From contig JAZNZE010000004.1 of the NCBI GenBank assembly GCA_045594785.1, forward strand, positions 39,254 to 103,253: a stretch of 64,000 nucleotides of DNA, given 5' to 3'. The position numbers and the translations under genes are program-made. Of the stretch, positions 7,401 through 17,531 are shown one piece after another. Below the pieces are notes generated by a model. It saw nothing but the letters and a program-made list of their open reading frames with translations. It did no database searches and was not told where the DNA came from. This DNA comes from Eubacteriales bacterium. Its GTDB lineage: Bacteria > Bacillota > Clostridia > Oscillospirales > CAG-272. The stretch's first letter is position 1. Each line of letters begins with the position of its first letter.

Positions 7401-10400
7401 ATGAAATCAGCACGCTATACGCCAACCGAAAACGGTTTTCGGGTCAGAGGCAGCTCCGAGGTTTTTAACAGAACCCTCTACGGCTCGCATAAAAACGATG
7501 AAAATCCCGAGAGATTTTTAACCTTTGCAGGCGATGCGCCTCAGATTATGGGCGCGGTTTCCGACTGGCTGAAAAGCACGGTTTCCTATTACGCAAAGTG
7601 CGGTGTTCTGAATAGCGGACTTGCCATAACTCCCGGTAAGCGCTCGAGATTTTATTATTCCGAGCACATCGACCAGACTTCGAAGTGGTTTCACGATTCC
7701 GAGGATATAGAGGCAGAGTTCAAAAACGGCTGGATGGAATACGAGCTTTCTCAGATGTCCGCCTGGTTTCCTGACGTGCGTATTAAAATGGAGGTTTATC
7801 CTCTTCTTCCCGATGACGGATATATAGTTCATTACAGGGTGACCTCAGACCAGCACGTGCATTTCGTGGCAGGCTTTGGCGGAATTACTGACGTTCTCTG
7901 CCGTTTTGAATATAAGGGTGAGCCGAGGCGTCATTTTTCGGCTGAAAACTGTATAGGAAACACCGTCACTATAGGCAAAAACCGCGCCTCTGTAACTCAT
8001 ACGGACGGCAAGAATATGAGAATTGCCACGAGCTTTGACGCGGATTTTGCGCTCGGCTCGGCAAAGTCTATGTCAGAGCCATATCCAAGCACCTTCGTAA
8101 GAAGCAATCCCGAAGATGAAAACGATTGCGTTGTCAGAATTTCCGCGCCCATTGAGCCCGGCAAGGCATTTGACGGATTTATCGTTGCCGTTTATAATTC
8201 TGACGAGGAAACGCTCGACAAGTGGCTTAATATGAAAAACCCCATAGGCTGCGTAAAGGAGCAGATATACGCAAAGCTTGCCTGCATCGACCTTGCAACT
8301 CCCGAAAAGACGCTCGACCTCACTGTAGCTCCTACCGTAATTGCCCTGGATTCCTCGTGGCATAAGGATTCCTTCCATCACGGCGCTTTTGCTTATCACG
8401 CGCCCTTCCTCGGTTGGAGAAACTGGTATGCTCCTACTGCGCTCGGCTGGAGGGACAGAGTTTCAAAGACTATGAAAAAGTACTTTGCGCTTATATCGAA
8501 GGGTGACGTTAAGAACGAGCGCGTATGGTACGATGACACTCCTATTCCTGACGGGCAGAATAAATTTGACAGAAGATATCATTATCAGGAAAACCCTGTA
8601 GGAAGACTTCCTTCCTGCTTTGATTCAAATCAGAATCCCGAATACGGCCCTTACAATATGCAGGAATGTGCTCTCGATATGATGCTCTATTACATAGAGT
8701 GGTCGGGAGACCTTGAAATAGCAAGAGAGCATTACGATGATATGTGCTCCATGGTAGAGTGGGAGAGAAGAACCTTTGACCCCGATGATGACGGACTTTA
8801 TCAGAATCTTCTCAACACCTGGATTTCTGACGGTCATAACTATAACGGTGCAGGCTGCGCGCAGTCTAGCGCTTATAACTACAGAGCAAATCTCGTTCTC
8901 GCGAAAATTGCCGAGAGAATAGGCAGAGACGGAAAGGCGTTCAGAGAACGTGCAGAAAAAATCAAAAAAGCTCTAAATGACAACCTATGGTTAGCAAACG
9001 AGGGTGTTATTGCCGAATCTCTCGACACCGTGGGCAGTTGCCTTATTCACCCATCGGTAGAGCTTCCTACCGTATATCACGTTATGGATTCGGATATGAT
9101 TGACGGCTTTAAGGCGTACAGAACTCTTAAATACACCGAAAACCATATACAGAACGTAACCACTCCTTCGGGAAAGGGAAGGCTTTGCTATTCTTCTAAC
9201 TGGCTGCCTAAGCAGTATTCCAACTGCGGAATTTTCCCTGCCGAGAACGCGCACCTCGCGCTTATGTATTTCAAGCTCGGACTTAAGGAGGAGGGCAAGC
9301 GGATACTTGACGGAATCAGAGACTGCTATTACAGCGGCAGGAATCCCGGTATGGCGGCTCACGTTCAGTCGCCTATGTGTACCTGCGACCTCGGAGATAT
9401 GGATTTTACTGACGTGTCAAGCACCTATCTCCGCCTCGTCATAGAGGGACTTTTCGGAATCAGAATCGATTCGCTTTCCGACAGACTTTACGTATCGCCC
9501 GGATTCCCGAGCGACTGGGAAAATGCCAGCATTTCCCTTAGGGATATTTCTCTTACCTATACGAGAGCCGGCAATCGCGAGGTCTTCTCAATATGCTCGG
9601 AAAGAGCCGAGAAAAAGGTTATAAGAATTCCTATGCGATGCGCGGATATAGAGGCGGTTATGCTTGACGGTGAGCCCGTGGCTTATGATATCGAAGCCTC
9701 TCCCAACAATAGCTTTATAACCGTTCAGGTTGATAAGCGCGGCAGGTTTCAGCTTCGCGTAATGCACGGCAGAGAGCCGATTCCTCAGCTTCTGTTCCCG
9801 GAGAGTGTTATTGAAGGCGGCAGAATATCCTTTGAGCTTTCGGGCGGTGAAATTGCCGAGATTTTTGATATTTCAGAGGCGCTTTCGGATATCAGTACGG
9901 TAGGAAACAAGGTTTACGCAACCGCAAAAAATGCCAAGGGAGACCACACCCTCTTTATCCGCGCAAGGTCGGGAGAGTATGACGGCTGGCTTGCAGCCGA
10001 TTACAGTATTCTTTCTGAAGAAAAGGCGGAAGCTCCTCTTTCCGATAAGCCGTATCAGACTATAGATATATCGGACTTCTTTAACTGCAGTATGACCGAG
10101 CTTCACGAGCAGGCGTATATTCAGCCGAGACCCGAGGGATATTCTATGGGTATGTATCAGAACGGAAGGTATTCGCATAACTGGACGCAGATGGGACGCA
10201 ACGTTGTTATGGTTGACGATTCCTTATTCAGAAATTCCGGAGGCACGGTGTACAGTCCATCGGGAATTCCGTTCAGAACGCCTGCCGAGAAGGATAATCT
10301 TGCCTGCGTTTCGGTTTTTGAAAGATTTCCGACAGAAATGACCTTCTCGCTTGACGGAAAAGGAGAGGAGCTTGCAGTTCTCTTTATTACCAGCTCCTGC

Positions 10401-10673
10401 TGCCTGCATTCCTACGTTGACGGCGTGCGTATAACCGTCAGCTATTCTGACGGTACTGCCGAGAGCGAAGCGCTCGTCTATCCCGAAAGCCTTGACGACT
10501 GGCTTACCTCAGCCCTAACCACCAAGGCTGAAATCTTCTATTTCAGCGACTATAACCACGCTACCGTAAAGAAAATCAGGCTCAATCCCGAAAAGAGCTT
10601 AAGCTGTGTAAAAATAGAAGCGGTAGCTAACGAGCTTATTTTCGGCGTTGCGGGAATAAGTCTGCGTAGGTAG
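7401..10673 (+). CDS. large cytoplasmic protein, probable (alpha/alpha)6 six-hairpin glycoside-hydrolase-like enzyme
   Basis: 1090 aa with no signal peptide. The central region (ECALDMMLYYIEWSGDLEIAREHYDDM...YNYRANLVLAKIAERIGRDGKAFRERAEKIKKALNDNLW) resembles six-hairpin glycosidase helices. The exact family is not recognised. Confidence 0.45.
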   Translation: MKSARYTPTENGFRVRGSSEVFNRTLYGSHKNDENPERFLTFAGDAPQIMGAVSDWLKSTVSYYAKCGVLNSGLAITPGKRSRFYYSEHIDQTSKWFHDSEDIEAEFKNGWMEYELSQMSAWFPDVRIKMEVYPLLPDDGYIVHYRVTSDQHVHFVAGFGGITDVLCRFEYKGEPRRHFSAENCIGNTVTIGKNRASVTHTDGKNMRIATSFDADFALGSAKSMSEPYPSTFVRSNPEDENDCVVRISAPIEPGKAFDGFIVAVYNSDEETLDKWLNMKNPIGCVKEQIYAKLACIDLATPEKTLDLTVAPTVIALDSSWHKDSFHHGAFAYHAPFLGWRNWYAPTALGWRDRVSKTMKKYFALISKGDVKNERVWYDDTPIPDGQNKFDRRYHYQENPVGRLPSCFDSNQNPEYGPYNMQECALDMMLYYIEWSGDLEIAREHYDDMCSMVEWERRTFDPDDDGLYQNLLNTWISDGHNYNGAGCAQSSAYNYRANLVLAKIAERIGRDGKAFRERAEKIKKALNDNLWLANEGVIAESLDTVGSCLIHPSVELPTVYHVMDSDMIDGFKAYRTLKYTENHIQNVTTPSGKGRLCYSSNWLPKQYSNCGIFPAENAHLALMYFKLGLKEEGKRILDGIRDCYYSGRNPGMAAHVQSPMCTCDLGDMDFTDVSSTYLRLVIEGLFGIRIDSLSDRLYVSPGFPSDWENASISLRDISLTYTRAGNREVFSICSERAEKKVIRIPMRCADIEAVMLDGEPVAYDIEASPNNSFITVQVDKRGRFQLRVMHGREPIPQLLFPESVIEGGRISFELSGGEIAEIFDISEALSDISTVGNKVYATAKNAKGDHTLFIRARSGEYDGWLAADYSILSEEKAEAPLSDKPYQTIDISDFFNCSMTELHEQAYIQPRPEGYSMGMYQNGRYSHNWTQMGRNVVMVDDSLFRNSGGTVYSPSGIPFRTPAEKDNLACVSVFERFPTEMTFSLDGKGEELAVLFITSSCCLHSYVDGVRITVSYSDGTAESEALVYPESLDDWLTSALTTKAEIFYFSDYNHATVKKIRLNPEKSLSCVKIEAVANELIFGVAGISLRR

Positions 10674-10735
10674 TTGTAGTTAGACGTGGGGTTATTGCGC
10701 TTTTCGTGAAAAGCGCGCAAAAGCTTTATAGAAAA

Positions 10736-10767
10736 AACGCTGAAGGACATAGTTCTTCAGCGTTTTT
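10736..10767 (+). terminator. rho-independent terminator of 7401..10673
   Basis: Stem aacgctgaag / cttcagcgtt (10 bp), loop gacatagtt, followed by TTTTT. Confidence 0.8.
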
Positions 10768-11067
10768 AAATGTTTGAATGAGGTCGGGATTTTGTCTTTT
10801 TTGAAAAACAAAGAGCTATGAAATCTTGCAAAATCATAGCTCTTAATTGTTTAAAGTTTTTGGGCGCTTTTTTCAAAAAGTGCATTAACCTTCGTTTTTT
10901 TAAGCTTCCGGCTTCATTGTGGGTAGCAAGACAAAAATCTTCTAAATGACGATTTTTGTTGCAGCGAAACCGCCCAAAGCAAGAAGCGGACGGAGCCGAG
11001 TGTACCGAGGCGATGGGCTGCGCCTATGCGGCGGTGGAGGGGCTCGGCTTGTGGGTGCAAAAAAGCT

Positions 11068-12579
11068 TTAAGTTTCGGGTTTCATAGTGGGGAAAAGTAT
11101 AACCTCACGAATGGTATCGTTTCCGGTAAGCATCATTACTGTTCTGTCAACTCCGATACCCATACCGCCTGTGGGGGGCATACCGTATTCCATAGCGGTG
11201 AGGAAGTCCTCGTCAAGCATTTCTGCCTCGTCATCGCCTCTGTCGCGGAGCTCAAGCTGCTTCATAAAGCGCTCGCGCTGTACGATAGGGTCGTTAAGCT
11301 CGGAGTATGCATTTGCAAGCTCGCTGTGGCAGATGAAGAGCTCAAAGCGCTCGGTAAGTCTGGGGTCTTCGGGGCTTGCCTTAGTGAGAGGAGATACCTC
11401 TACGGGATACATAGTTATGAAGGTAGGCTGAATGAGCTTTTCTTCTACGCGCTGGTCAAAGCAAGCGTAAAGCGCGTTGCCCCAGGTCTTATCTGCGGTA
11501 TCTGCAAGCTCAACGCCAATCTTCTTTGCTGCGGCAACCGCCTCGGCGTCATCGGTTATAGCGCCGAAGTTAACGCCAGCATATTCCTTGACCGCATCAA
11601 CCATAGTGAGTCTGCGCCAGCCGGGAGTGAGGTCGATTTTCTCGCCCATCCACTCAAGCTCGTAAGTACCGAGAAGCTCTTTTGCCGCACCTGAAATGAT
11701 GCCCTCTGCGATGTCCATCATATCGTGGAAATCGGCATAAGCCTGATAAAGCTCGATTGTGGTAAACTCGGGGTTGTGCTTAGGGTCCATACCCTCGTTT
11801 CTGAATATTCTGCCTATCTCATATACTCTGTTCATACCGCCGACAATAAGACGCTTCAAGGGAAGCTCGGTTGCGATACGCATATACATATCGATATCGA
11901 GGGTATTGTGATGAGTTACGAAGGGGCGCGCGGAAGCACCGCCTGCGATAGTGTTAAGAACAGGGGTTTCTACTTCAACGTAATCTCTCTCATCGAGATA
12001 CTTACGCATAAACTTTATGAACTGCGAGCGAATGATGAAATTGCGCTTTACCTCCGGGTTAACGATAAGGTCAACGTATCTCTGTCTGTATCTCTGCTCA
12101 AGATTTGTGAGACCGTGGAACTTTTCGGGAAGGGGAAGGAGAGACTTTGCAAGCAGGGTAGCGCTCTTTGCGTGAACCGATACTTCACCGGTACGGGTGC
12201 GGAAGAGAACGCCTTCGACACCGATTATGTCACCTATATCCCATTTCTTGAAGCTCTGATAGTCCTCGTCACCGAGGTCGTCACGGGAAACGTAGAGCTG
12301 AATTTTGCCTTCACCGTCAAGAAGATGAGCGAAGGAAGCCTTACCCATAACTCTTCTTGCCACCATTCTTCCCGCAATTCTTACGGTGATTTCTTCACCC
12401 TCTGCGAGAGCAGGCTCTTTTTCGGTGAACTCTGCAATTGCCTTTACGCTCGAATAAGTAACCTCGTACTTCGTTATTTCAAAAGGATTTTTGCCTGCCT
12501 CAATGAGACCTGCAAGCTTTTCTCTGCGAACTACAAGCTCGCTTGTTGAGTTCTGCTGATTGTTCTGTTCATTTCCCAT
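11068..12579 (-). CDS. lysS: lysine--tRNA ligase (class II)
   Basis: 503 aa with a typical LysRS N-terminus (RREKLAGLIEAGKNPF), an OB-fold anticodon-binding region and class II catalytic motifs (FRNEGMDPKHNPEFT, GMGIGVDR). Downstream of greA, as in many Firmicutes. Confidence 0.95.
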   Translation of the reverse strand: MGNEQNNQQNSTSELVVRREKLAGLIEAGKNPFEITKYEVTYSSVKAIAEFTEKEPALAEGEEITVRIAGRMVARRVMGKASFAHLLDGEGKIQLYVSRDDLGDEDYQSFKKWDIGDIIGVEGVLFRTRTGEVSVHAKSATLLAKSLLPLPEKFHGLTNLEQRYRQRYVDLIVNPEVKRNFIIRSQFIKFMRKYLDERDYVEVETPVLNTIAGGASARPFVTHHNTLDIDMYMRIATELPLKRLIVGGMNRVYEIGRIFRNEGMDPKHNPEFTTIELYQAYADFHDMMDIAEGIISGAAKELLGTYELEWMGEKIDLTPGWRRLTMVDAVKEYAGVNFGAITDDAEAVAAAKKIGVELADTADKTWGNALYACFDQRVEEKLIQPTFITMYPVEVSPLTKASPEDPRLTERFELFICHSELANAYSELNDPIVQRERFMKQLELRDRGDDEAEMLDEDFLTAMEYGMPPTGGMGIGVDRTVMMLTGNDTIREVILFPTMKPET

Positions 12580-12604
12580 TTTTTAAGTGTCCTTTCAAAA
12601 AGAA

Positions 12605-13084
12605 TCAGTCCTTAGCTCTCGAAACCTTCTTTACGAGAAGGTGCTGTTCTCTTACTCCGTTTACTACGACCTCATCACCTGCTCTTGCTCCGAGAAGAGC
12701 TGCTCCTATAGGTGAGGAATCCGAAATTTTGCCTGAGAGGGGGTCGGTCTCGTAAGAGCCAACTATGTGATAGGTGAAATCCTTGTTTCTTTCCTTGTTA
12801 TGAAGCTCTACGATAGAGCCAACGCTGATAACCGATTCGTCTATCTGGGATTCGTCAATAACCTTTGCGTTTGCAATCATTTCCTTAAGCTCTGCTATGC
12901 GGGAATGAATTTTGCCCTGCTCAGCCTTTGCCTCATCGTATTCGCTGTTCTCGGAAAGGTCACCGAATGCTCTGGCTGTCGAAATGTCCTTTTTGTTTTC
13001 TTCTACCTTTACGTTAACGAGGAAGTCGAGCTCGTCCTGGAGGGCCTTAAAGCCCTGGGGGGTGTAAGTCTTGGTTTCTGACAT
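12605..13084 (-). CDS. greA: transcription elongation factor GreA
   Basis: 159 aa with the coiled-coil N-terminal region ARAFGDLSENSEYDEAKAEQ and a GreA C-terminal domain. Confidence 0.95.
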   Translation of the reverse strand: MSETKTYTPQGFKALQDELDFLVNVKVEENKKDISTARAFGDLSENSEYDEAKAEQGKIHSRIAELKEMIANAKVIDESQIDESVISVGSIVELHNKERNKDFTYHIVGSYETDPLSGKISDSSPIGAALLGARAGDEVVVNGVREQHLLVKKVSRAKD

Positions 13085-13113
13085 TTTGATTTATCTCCTG
13101 AAGTTGTATTTTA

Positions 13114-14469
13114 TTATTTATTTACGAGAAGCTTGTTTGCTTCCGTATAAGCGCGCTCAAGATAGTCTGATGCCGTGGGGTTTTCTATAGGCTCACCGTC
13201 AGCGTCCATATCAACGTCAAGAGGTACTCCGTCACCGTTATAATGGTTGCCGAGCGGAGTGTAGTAATACGCAACGGTCAGGGTGACAGCAGAGCCGTCA
13301 TAGAGGGTGTAGGTATTCTGCATAACGAATTTGCCGTAGGTTTTAGTTCCGCCCACGATAGTTACGGGAAAGTATTCCATTATAGCAAGGTCGCGAAGCC
13401 CTGCGGTGAAAAGCTCTGATGCCGATGCTGAATTGCGGTTGCACAGCACTACGGTAGGTATAGCGTAGGAATGCCCGTCACGTGATTTCTCGGGTGAATC
13501 GTATTCGTTTGAGAAGGAAGCGAGAATTAATCCGTCCTCAGCTATATAGTCAAGCATATTCACGACAGTCTCAAGATATCCGCCTCCGTTGTCGCGAACG
13601 TCATAAATTATAGCTTTTGCCTTATTCTCTTTCATATAGTCTATGGCTTCGATAAAAAGCTCGTCTGTGTTTTTCTTGAAGGAATTTATATCGATATATC
13701 CGATTCCGCTTTCGTCAAGCTCGTAGTCGACCGTAGGCTCGATAACGGGACCGCGGGTTACGGTGATGTCGAGAGTCGTTTCCCCGCGTCTCACGGTTAT
13801 AACCACGTTCGTACCCGATTCTCCCTTTACTCTGTCAATGGCAGCCTGGTATCCGATTTCGGTAACCGCCACACCGTCAATCGCGATTATCATATCTCCC
13901 GCAAGCACGCCGGCGTTGTAGGCGGGCGAATTGCGTATCGGCTTGATAACAAGAATTCCGTCCTCGACAAGAGACGCCTGAACGTTGACGCCTATTCCGT
14001 AGAAGGTAGGCTGAGTGCCGCTCATATTCGAGGTGTAATCCTCATACTGCTCGTTCGTGCGGTAGAATGAATACTTGTCGCCTATAGCTTTAACGAACGC
14101 TGTGAGCAGAGCGTCAGAAACCATACCTGAGCTTTCAAGGTCTGTTTTGTCGTAGCTGTTTTCAAGAAAGTCGTTTGCAACCGCCTTGGCAAGCTCGTAA
14201 GAGGAAGGAATCTCCTCGTAGTAATGGTCGCGGTAAAGCTTTTCTACCTTTTTCAGCTTGTTCTGGTCAAATACCGGAAATTTCCAGGCGTCAAGGTATT
14301 CCCAAACGTACTGGCGGCTTTCGTTCGTTTCGGCTGAGACGTTTGCGCTCAGCTCTTCCTTGGTGTATATTACCTCGCTTCCCGCGGCGCAGGAGGTGAG
14401 CGTCAGAGTAAGAGTGAAAAGCAGAGTGAGCAAAACGAGAAGAAGGGAAATTTTGTTTTTTGTTTTCAT
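13114..14469 (-). CDS. S41 family C-terminal processing peptidase (lipoprotein, PDZ domain)
   Basis: Signal peptide with lipobox LTSC, a PDZ-like GDMIIAIDG segment, and S41 motifs DVRDNGGGYL and SASASELF. Confidence 0.85.
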   Translation of the reverse strand: MKTKNKISLLLVLLTLLFTLTLTLTSCAAGSEVIYTKEELSANVSAETNESRQYVWEYLDAWKFPVFDQNKLKKVEKLYRDHYYEEIPSSYELAKAVANDFLENSYDKTDLESSGMVSDALLTAFVKAIGDKYSFYRTNEQYEDYTSNMSGTQPTFYGIGVNVQASLVEDGILVIKPIRNSPAYNAGVLAGDMIIAIDGVAVTEIGYQAAIDRVKGESGTNVVITVRRGETTLDITVTRGPVIEPTVDYELDESGIGYIDINSFKKNTDELFIEAIDYMKENKAKAIIYDVRDNGGGYLETVVNMLDYIAEDGLILASFSNEYDSPEKSRDGHSYAIPTVVLCNRNSASASELFTAGLRDLAIMEYFPVTIVGGTKTYGKFVMQNTYTLYDGSAVTLTVAYYYTPLGNHYNGDGVPLDVDMDADGEPIENPTASDYLERAYTEANKLLVNK

Positions 14470-14551
14470 ATTCGCCTTTCATTACTGCCTTAGCAGTCGC
14501 TTTTCAAATTTATCGGGGAGGCGTACGGATATCCTCCCCAAAAAATATCGG

Positions 14552-15637
14552 TTAAAACTTAGTAGGCTTGCTTGTGAGATATTTTTTAACCATAAGAGCA
14601 ACCTTGAAGGTTACTGCGTGGTCAAACTCGCGAAGGTCAAGTCCTGTAAGCTTTCTTATCTTTTCAAGTCTGTATACGAGAGTGTTTCTATGTACGAAAA
14701 GCTTTCTTGAGGTTTCGGAAACGTTAAGATTGTTTTCAAAGAAGCTCTGAACGGTCATAAGCGTTTCTCTGTCAAGCGAAGAAAGCGAGCCCTTCTTGAA
14801 TACTTCCTGAAGGAAGATTTCGCAAAGAGTGGTGGGGAGCTGGTAAACAAGTCTTCCTATACCGAGGTTTTCGTAAGACATTATAGGCTTCTCGATATCG
14901 AATACCTTGCCGACCTCAAGCGAGATTTTTGCTTCCTTGTATGCTCTTGCAAGGTCCTTAAGGCTTTCGGAAACCGAGGAAATACCGATAAGAATCTTTG
15001 CCGAATATTCGTTTGCCACGGTTTTGAGGATTTCTTCCGCGAACGCTTCAAGCTCCTCCGAGGAGGTGTTCTTGGCAACCTCTTTTACTATTACTATGTC
15101 CTGCTCGCTGATACTTATGACGTAATCCTTGGTTTTATCGGTAATTATTGATGAAATTACCTCGTAAGGAACGAAAGAGCCTGCACTGAGGAACTTGATT
15201 ACTATAACCGCGCGGTGCTCCTCGCTGCTGAAATGAAGCTCGTTTGACTTAATATAAATGTCGCTTGGAAGGATATTGTCAAGAAGAATGTTCTTTATGA
15301 ACGAGCCCTTGTCGTATTTCTCATCGTAAAGGCTTTTGATATTGCCGAGCGAAATCGATATAAGCTGGCACATCTTAGAGGCGTGCAAATCGTCACCCTC
15401 AACGAAAGCGATTGATTCGGTCTTCTCCTGAGCGCCAACGAAGCGGTAGGTGTAGCCGTCATATACTATCGAATCCTGAGAATAGGTAAGCTCTTCCTTG
15501 ATTCTCTGCTTGGATTCTCCTATCTTAGCGAGGTCGGAGCAGGCAATAACTATTCCGTTCTCGTCTATAACACCTATAGTTCTGCCAACGACATCGCGCA
15601 TCTGGTGTATAATGGTCTGGTACAAGCGGTTTGACAT
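14552..15637 (-). CDS. PucR/CdaR family transcriptional regulator
   Basis: C-terminal PucR-type HTH (ETSRKLFVHRNTLVYRLEKIRKLTGLD). The preferred start is ATG 15637 (MSNRLYQ), preceded by GGAGGG. The ORF-track start at 15673 lacks an RBS. Confidence 0.8.
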   Translation of the reverse strand: MSNRLYQTIIHQMRDVVGRTIGVIDENGIVIACSDLAKIGESKQRIKEELTYSQDSIVYDGYTYRFVGAQEKTESIAFVEGDDLHASKMCQLISISLGNIKSLYDEKYDKGSFIKNILLDNILPSDIYIKSNELHFSSEEHRAVIVIKFLSAGSFVPYEVISSIITDKTKDYVISISEQDIVIVKEVAKNTSSEELEAFAEEILKTVANEYSAKILIGISSVSESLKDLARAYKEAKISLEVGKVFDIEKPIMSYENLGIGRLVYQLPTTLCEIFLQEVFKKGSLSSLDRETLMTVQSFFENNLNVSETSRKLFVHRNTLVYRLEKIRKLTGLDLREFDHAVTFKVALMVKKYLTSKPTKF

Positions 15638-15866
15638 AAAACCCTCCAAGAAAAATAATCTGAAAACAGTCAAAAAACAACCGCACCTTTCGGGTGCGTG
15701 CCTGTTGAATTTTCCTGTATGAAAAACCGCCTTTTCAAGCGGTTTGTCAATACTGTACTATATTTTAACCTATTTTTTGATATTTTTCAATAGTTTTTTG
15801 AAAAATAATTACGAAATACACAAAAAAATTAACAATTGTTTGTATATTTTTAACCTTTTGTTCTTA

Positions 15867-16604
15867 TTACAGCTCAAATTGATAGGAAATTGCGGACAAA
15901 ACGTAGCTTGGCGCCGTTTCACATCTGAGAATTCTCGGGCCGAGATTTACGATATGCGCTCCCATATCCTTGGCAGCGGCTGCTTCAGCAAGCGAAAAGC
16001 CGCCCTCAGAGCCGACAATAACGGCAAGCGTCTTTACGTTACTGTCAAACGAAGAAAGAACCTCTTTGAGCGACCTTGCTCCGTCACCCTCGTAGCAGAA
16101 TAGAACGGCATCGGCTTTTTTTGCCTCGCGCAGCATTTCGGAGTAGGAGAGGGAGGGAAGAATTTTCACAAGCCTGCTTCTTCCGCATTGCTTTGCCGCT
16201 TCCTCTGCAATTCTCGTAAGCCTTGCGTTTTCGCGCTCAGCCTTCTCGGGCTTTGGCTTCTTTACGCATCTTGAGGATTCAAAGGGAGCAATTTCGCACA
16301 CTCCAAGCTCAACCGCCTTCTGAGTTACGACCTCAAGCTTATCTCCCTTTGGGTATGCCATATACAATGAAACGTAGAGTGGGGATTCGGTTTTTCCCTC
16401 GCTGACCGAAAGGACAGCGCATACGCACTCGCTGTCTCTTATTCTGGTAATGGCGCAGGAATACTCAGCTCCGTGCATATCGCAAACGGTTATAAGGTCT
16501 CCCACCGCCATTCTTAATGCTCTCGCTATATGAAAAGCGTCATCTCCCGTGATTTTGACTTCGCTTTCCGAAAAATTATCGCTCGGTACGAAAAATCTAG
16601 GCAT
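15867..16604 (-). CDS. rsmE: 16S rRNA (uracil1498-N3)-methyltransferase RsmE
   Basis: Begins MPRFFVP (typical RsmE) at ATG 16604, one nt after the prmA stop. C-terminal GSEGGFS SPOUT motif. Confidence 0.85.
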   Translation of the reverse strand: MPRFFVPSDNFSESEVKITGDDAFHIARALRMAVGDLITVCDMHGAEYSCAITRIRDSECVCAVLSVSEGKTESPLYVSLYMAYPKGDKLEVVTQKAVELGVCEIAPFESSRCVKKPKPEKAERENARLTRIAEEAAKQCGRSRLVKILPSLSYSEMLREAKKADAVLFCYEGDGARSLKEVLSSFDSNVKTLAVIVGSEGGFSLAEAAAAKDMGAHIVNLGPRILRCETAPSYVLSAISYQFEL

Positions 16605-16605
16605 A

Positions 16606-17526
16606 TCAGCCCTCTGCCGCAACGAGCATGGCAAGCCAGTCGTTTTCGGTTTCTTCCTTAATTATTTTGTATCCGTATTTCTTTACGGCTTCTCTTATCT
16701 CCTCGGCTCTGGGGCTTATAATTCCCGAGAGAATTATTTTTGCATCCGGCTTTACGTAGTCGGAGAGGTCGGGAAGCATACGCAGAATTATATCCGCAAC
16801 TATGTTGGCAAGGCAAACGTCATATCTGCCGCCCGAAAGGTCAACGCCTTTAAGAAGGTCGGACACCCCAACGGTGATATTGTCGCAGCCGCCGTCTCTT
16901 GCGTTTTCTCTTGCAACCTTAACGGCAACGGGGTCGATGTCGTAGGCATTGCAGCTTTTCGCTCCGAGCTTTGCCGCGCAAATCGAAAGTATGCCCGAGC
17001 CCGTTCCCATATCGAGTATTCTTTTATCCGCAAGGTCCTCGTCCTGCATAAGACGGATAACCAGCCTTGTCGTTTCGTGCGTTCCCGTGCCGAAAGCCAT
17101 ACCCGGATCCATTCTTATGATTACCTCGTCTTTATCGGGGGTATAATCCTCCCAGGCGGGAACTATGGTGATTTTGCCGAGCTTTACCGGCTTGTAATAC
17201 TGCTTCCAGCTCTCAGCCCAGTCCTCCTCGCACATTCCCTCCGCGGTTATCTCAGCGTCTATTCCGAGAGAAAGAAATCTCTCGGCAATAAAGGCTCTGC
17301 ATTCGGGAAGGCTTCTTTCCTCGGGAACGAAAACCGATACCTTCACCGTATCCTTATCTGCGTTGAGTATGCTGTCGTCTACAAGCTCGCCGTACATTCC
17401 GTTAAGCGAAAAATCGCTGTAATCCTCTATCATAAGTCCGTTGTCTATCATACTCATAACCGAGCTTATAGTGTCAAGGTCTGCGGTTTTTCCCGCGGCC
17501 GTAAGCTTAGTCCAATTTCCTGCCAT
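16606..17526 (-). CDS. prmA: ribosomal protein L11 methyltransferase PrmA
   Basis: 306 aa with the SAM-binding motif ILDMGTGSGILSI and the conserved IRMDPGMAFGTGTHETT block. prmA-rsmE pairing. Confidence 0.9.
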   Translation of the reverse strand: MAGNWTKLTAAGKTADLDTISSVMSMIDNGLMIEDYSDFSLNGMYGELVDDSILNADKDTVKVSVFVPEERSLPECRAFIAERFLSLGIDAEITAEGMCEEDWAESWKQYYKPVKLGKITIVPAWEDYTPDKDEVIIRMDPGMAFGTGTHETTRLVIRLMQDEDLADKRILDMGTGSGILSICAAKLGAKSCNAYDIDPVAVKVARENARDGGCDNITVGVSDLLKGVDLSGGRYDVCLANIVADIILRMLPDLSDYVKPDAKIILSGIISPRAEEIREAVKKYGYKIIKEETENDWLAMLVAAEG

Positions 17527-17531
17527 AATGA

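Noticed and set aside
11026-12549. ORFs 11026..11694 and 11725..12549 on the + strand
   Set aside because: They are antisense shadows of lysS, which has unambiguous class II LysRS motifs.
15638-15673. Longer start (ATG 15673) for the PucR-family gene
   Set aside because: No Shine-Dalgarno precedes it, whereas ATG 15637 has GGAGGG at the proper distance and yields a typical N-terminus.
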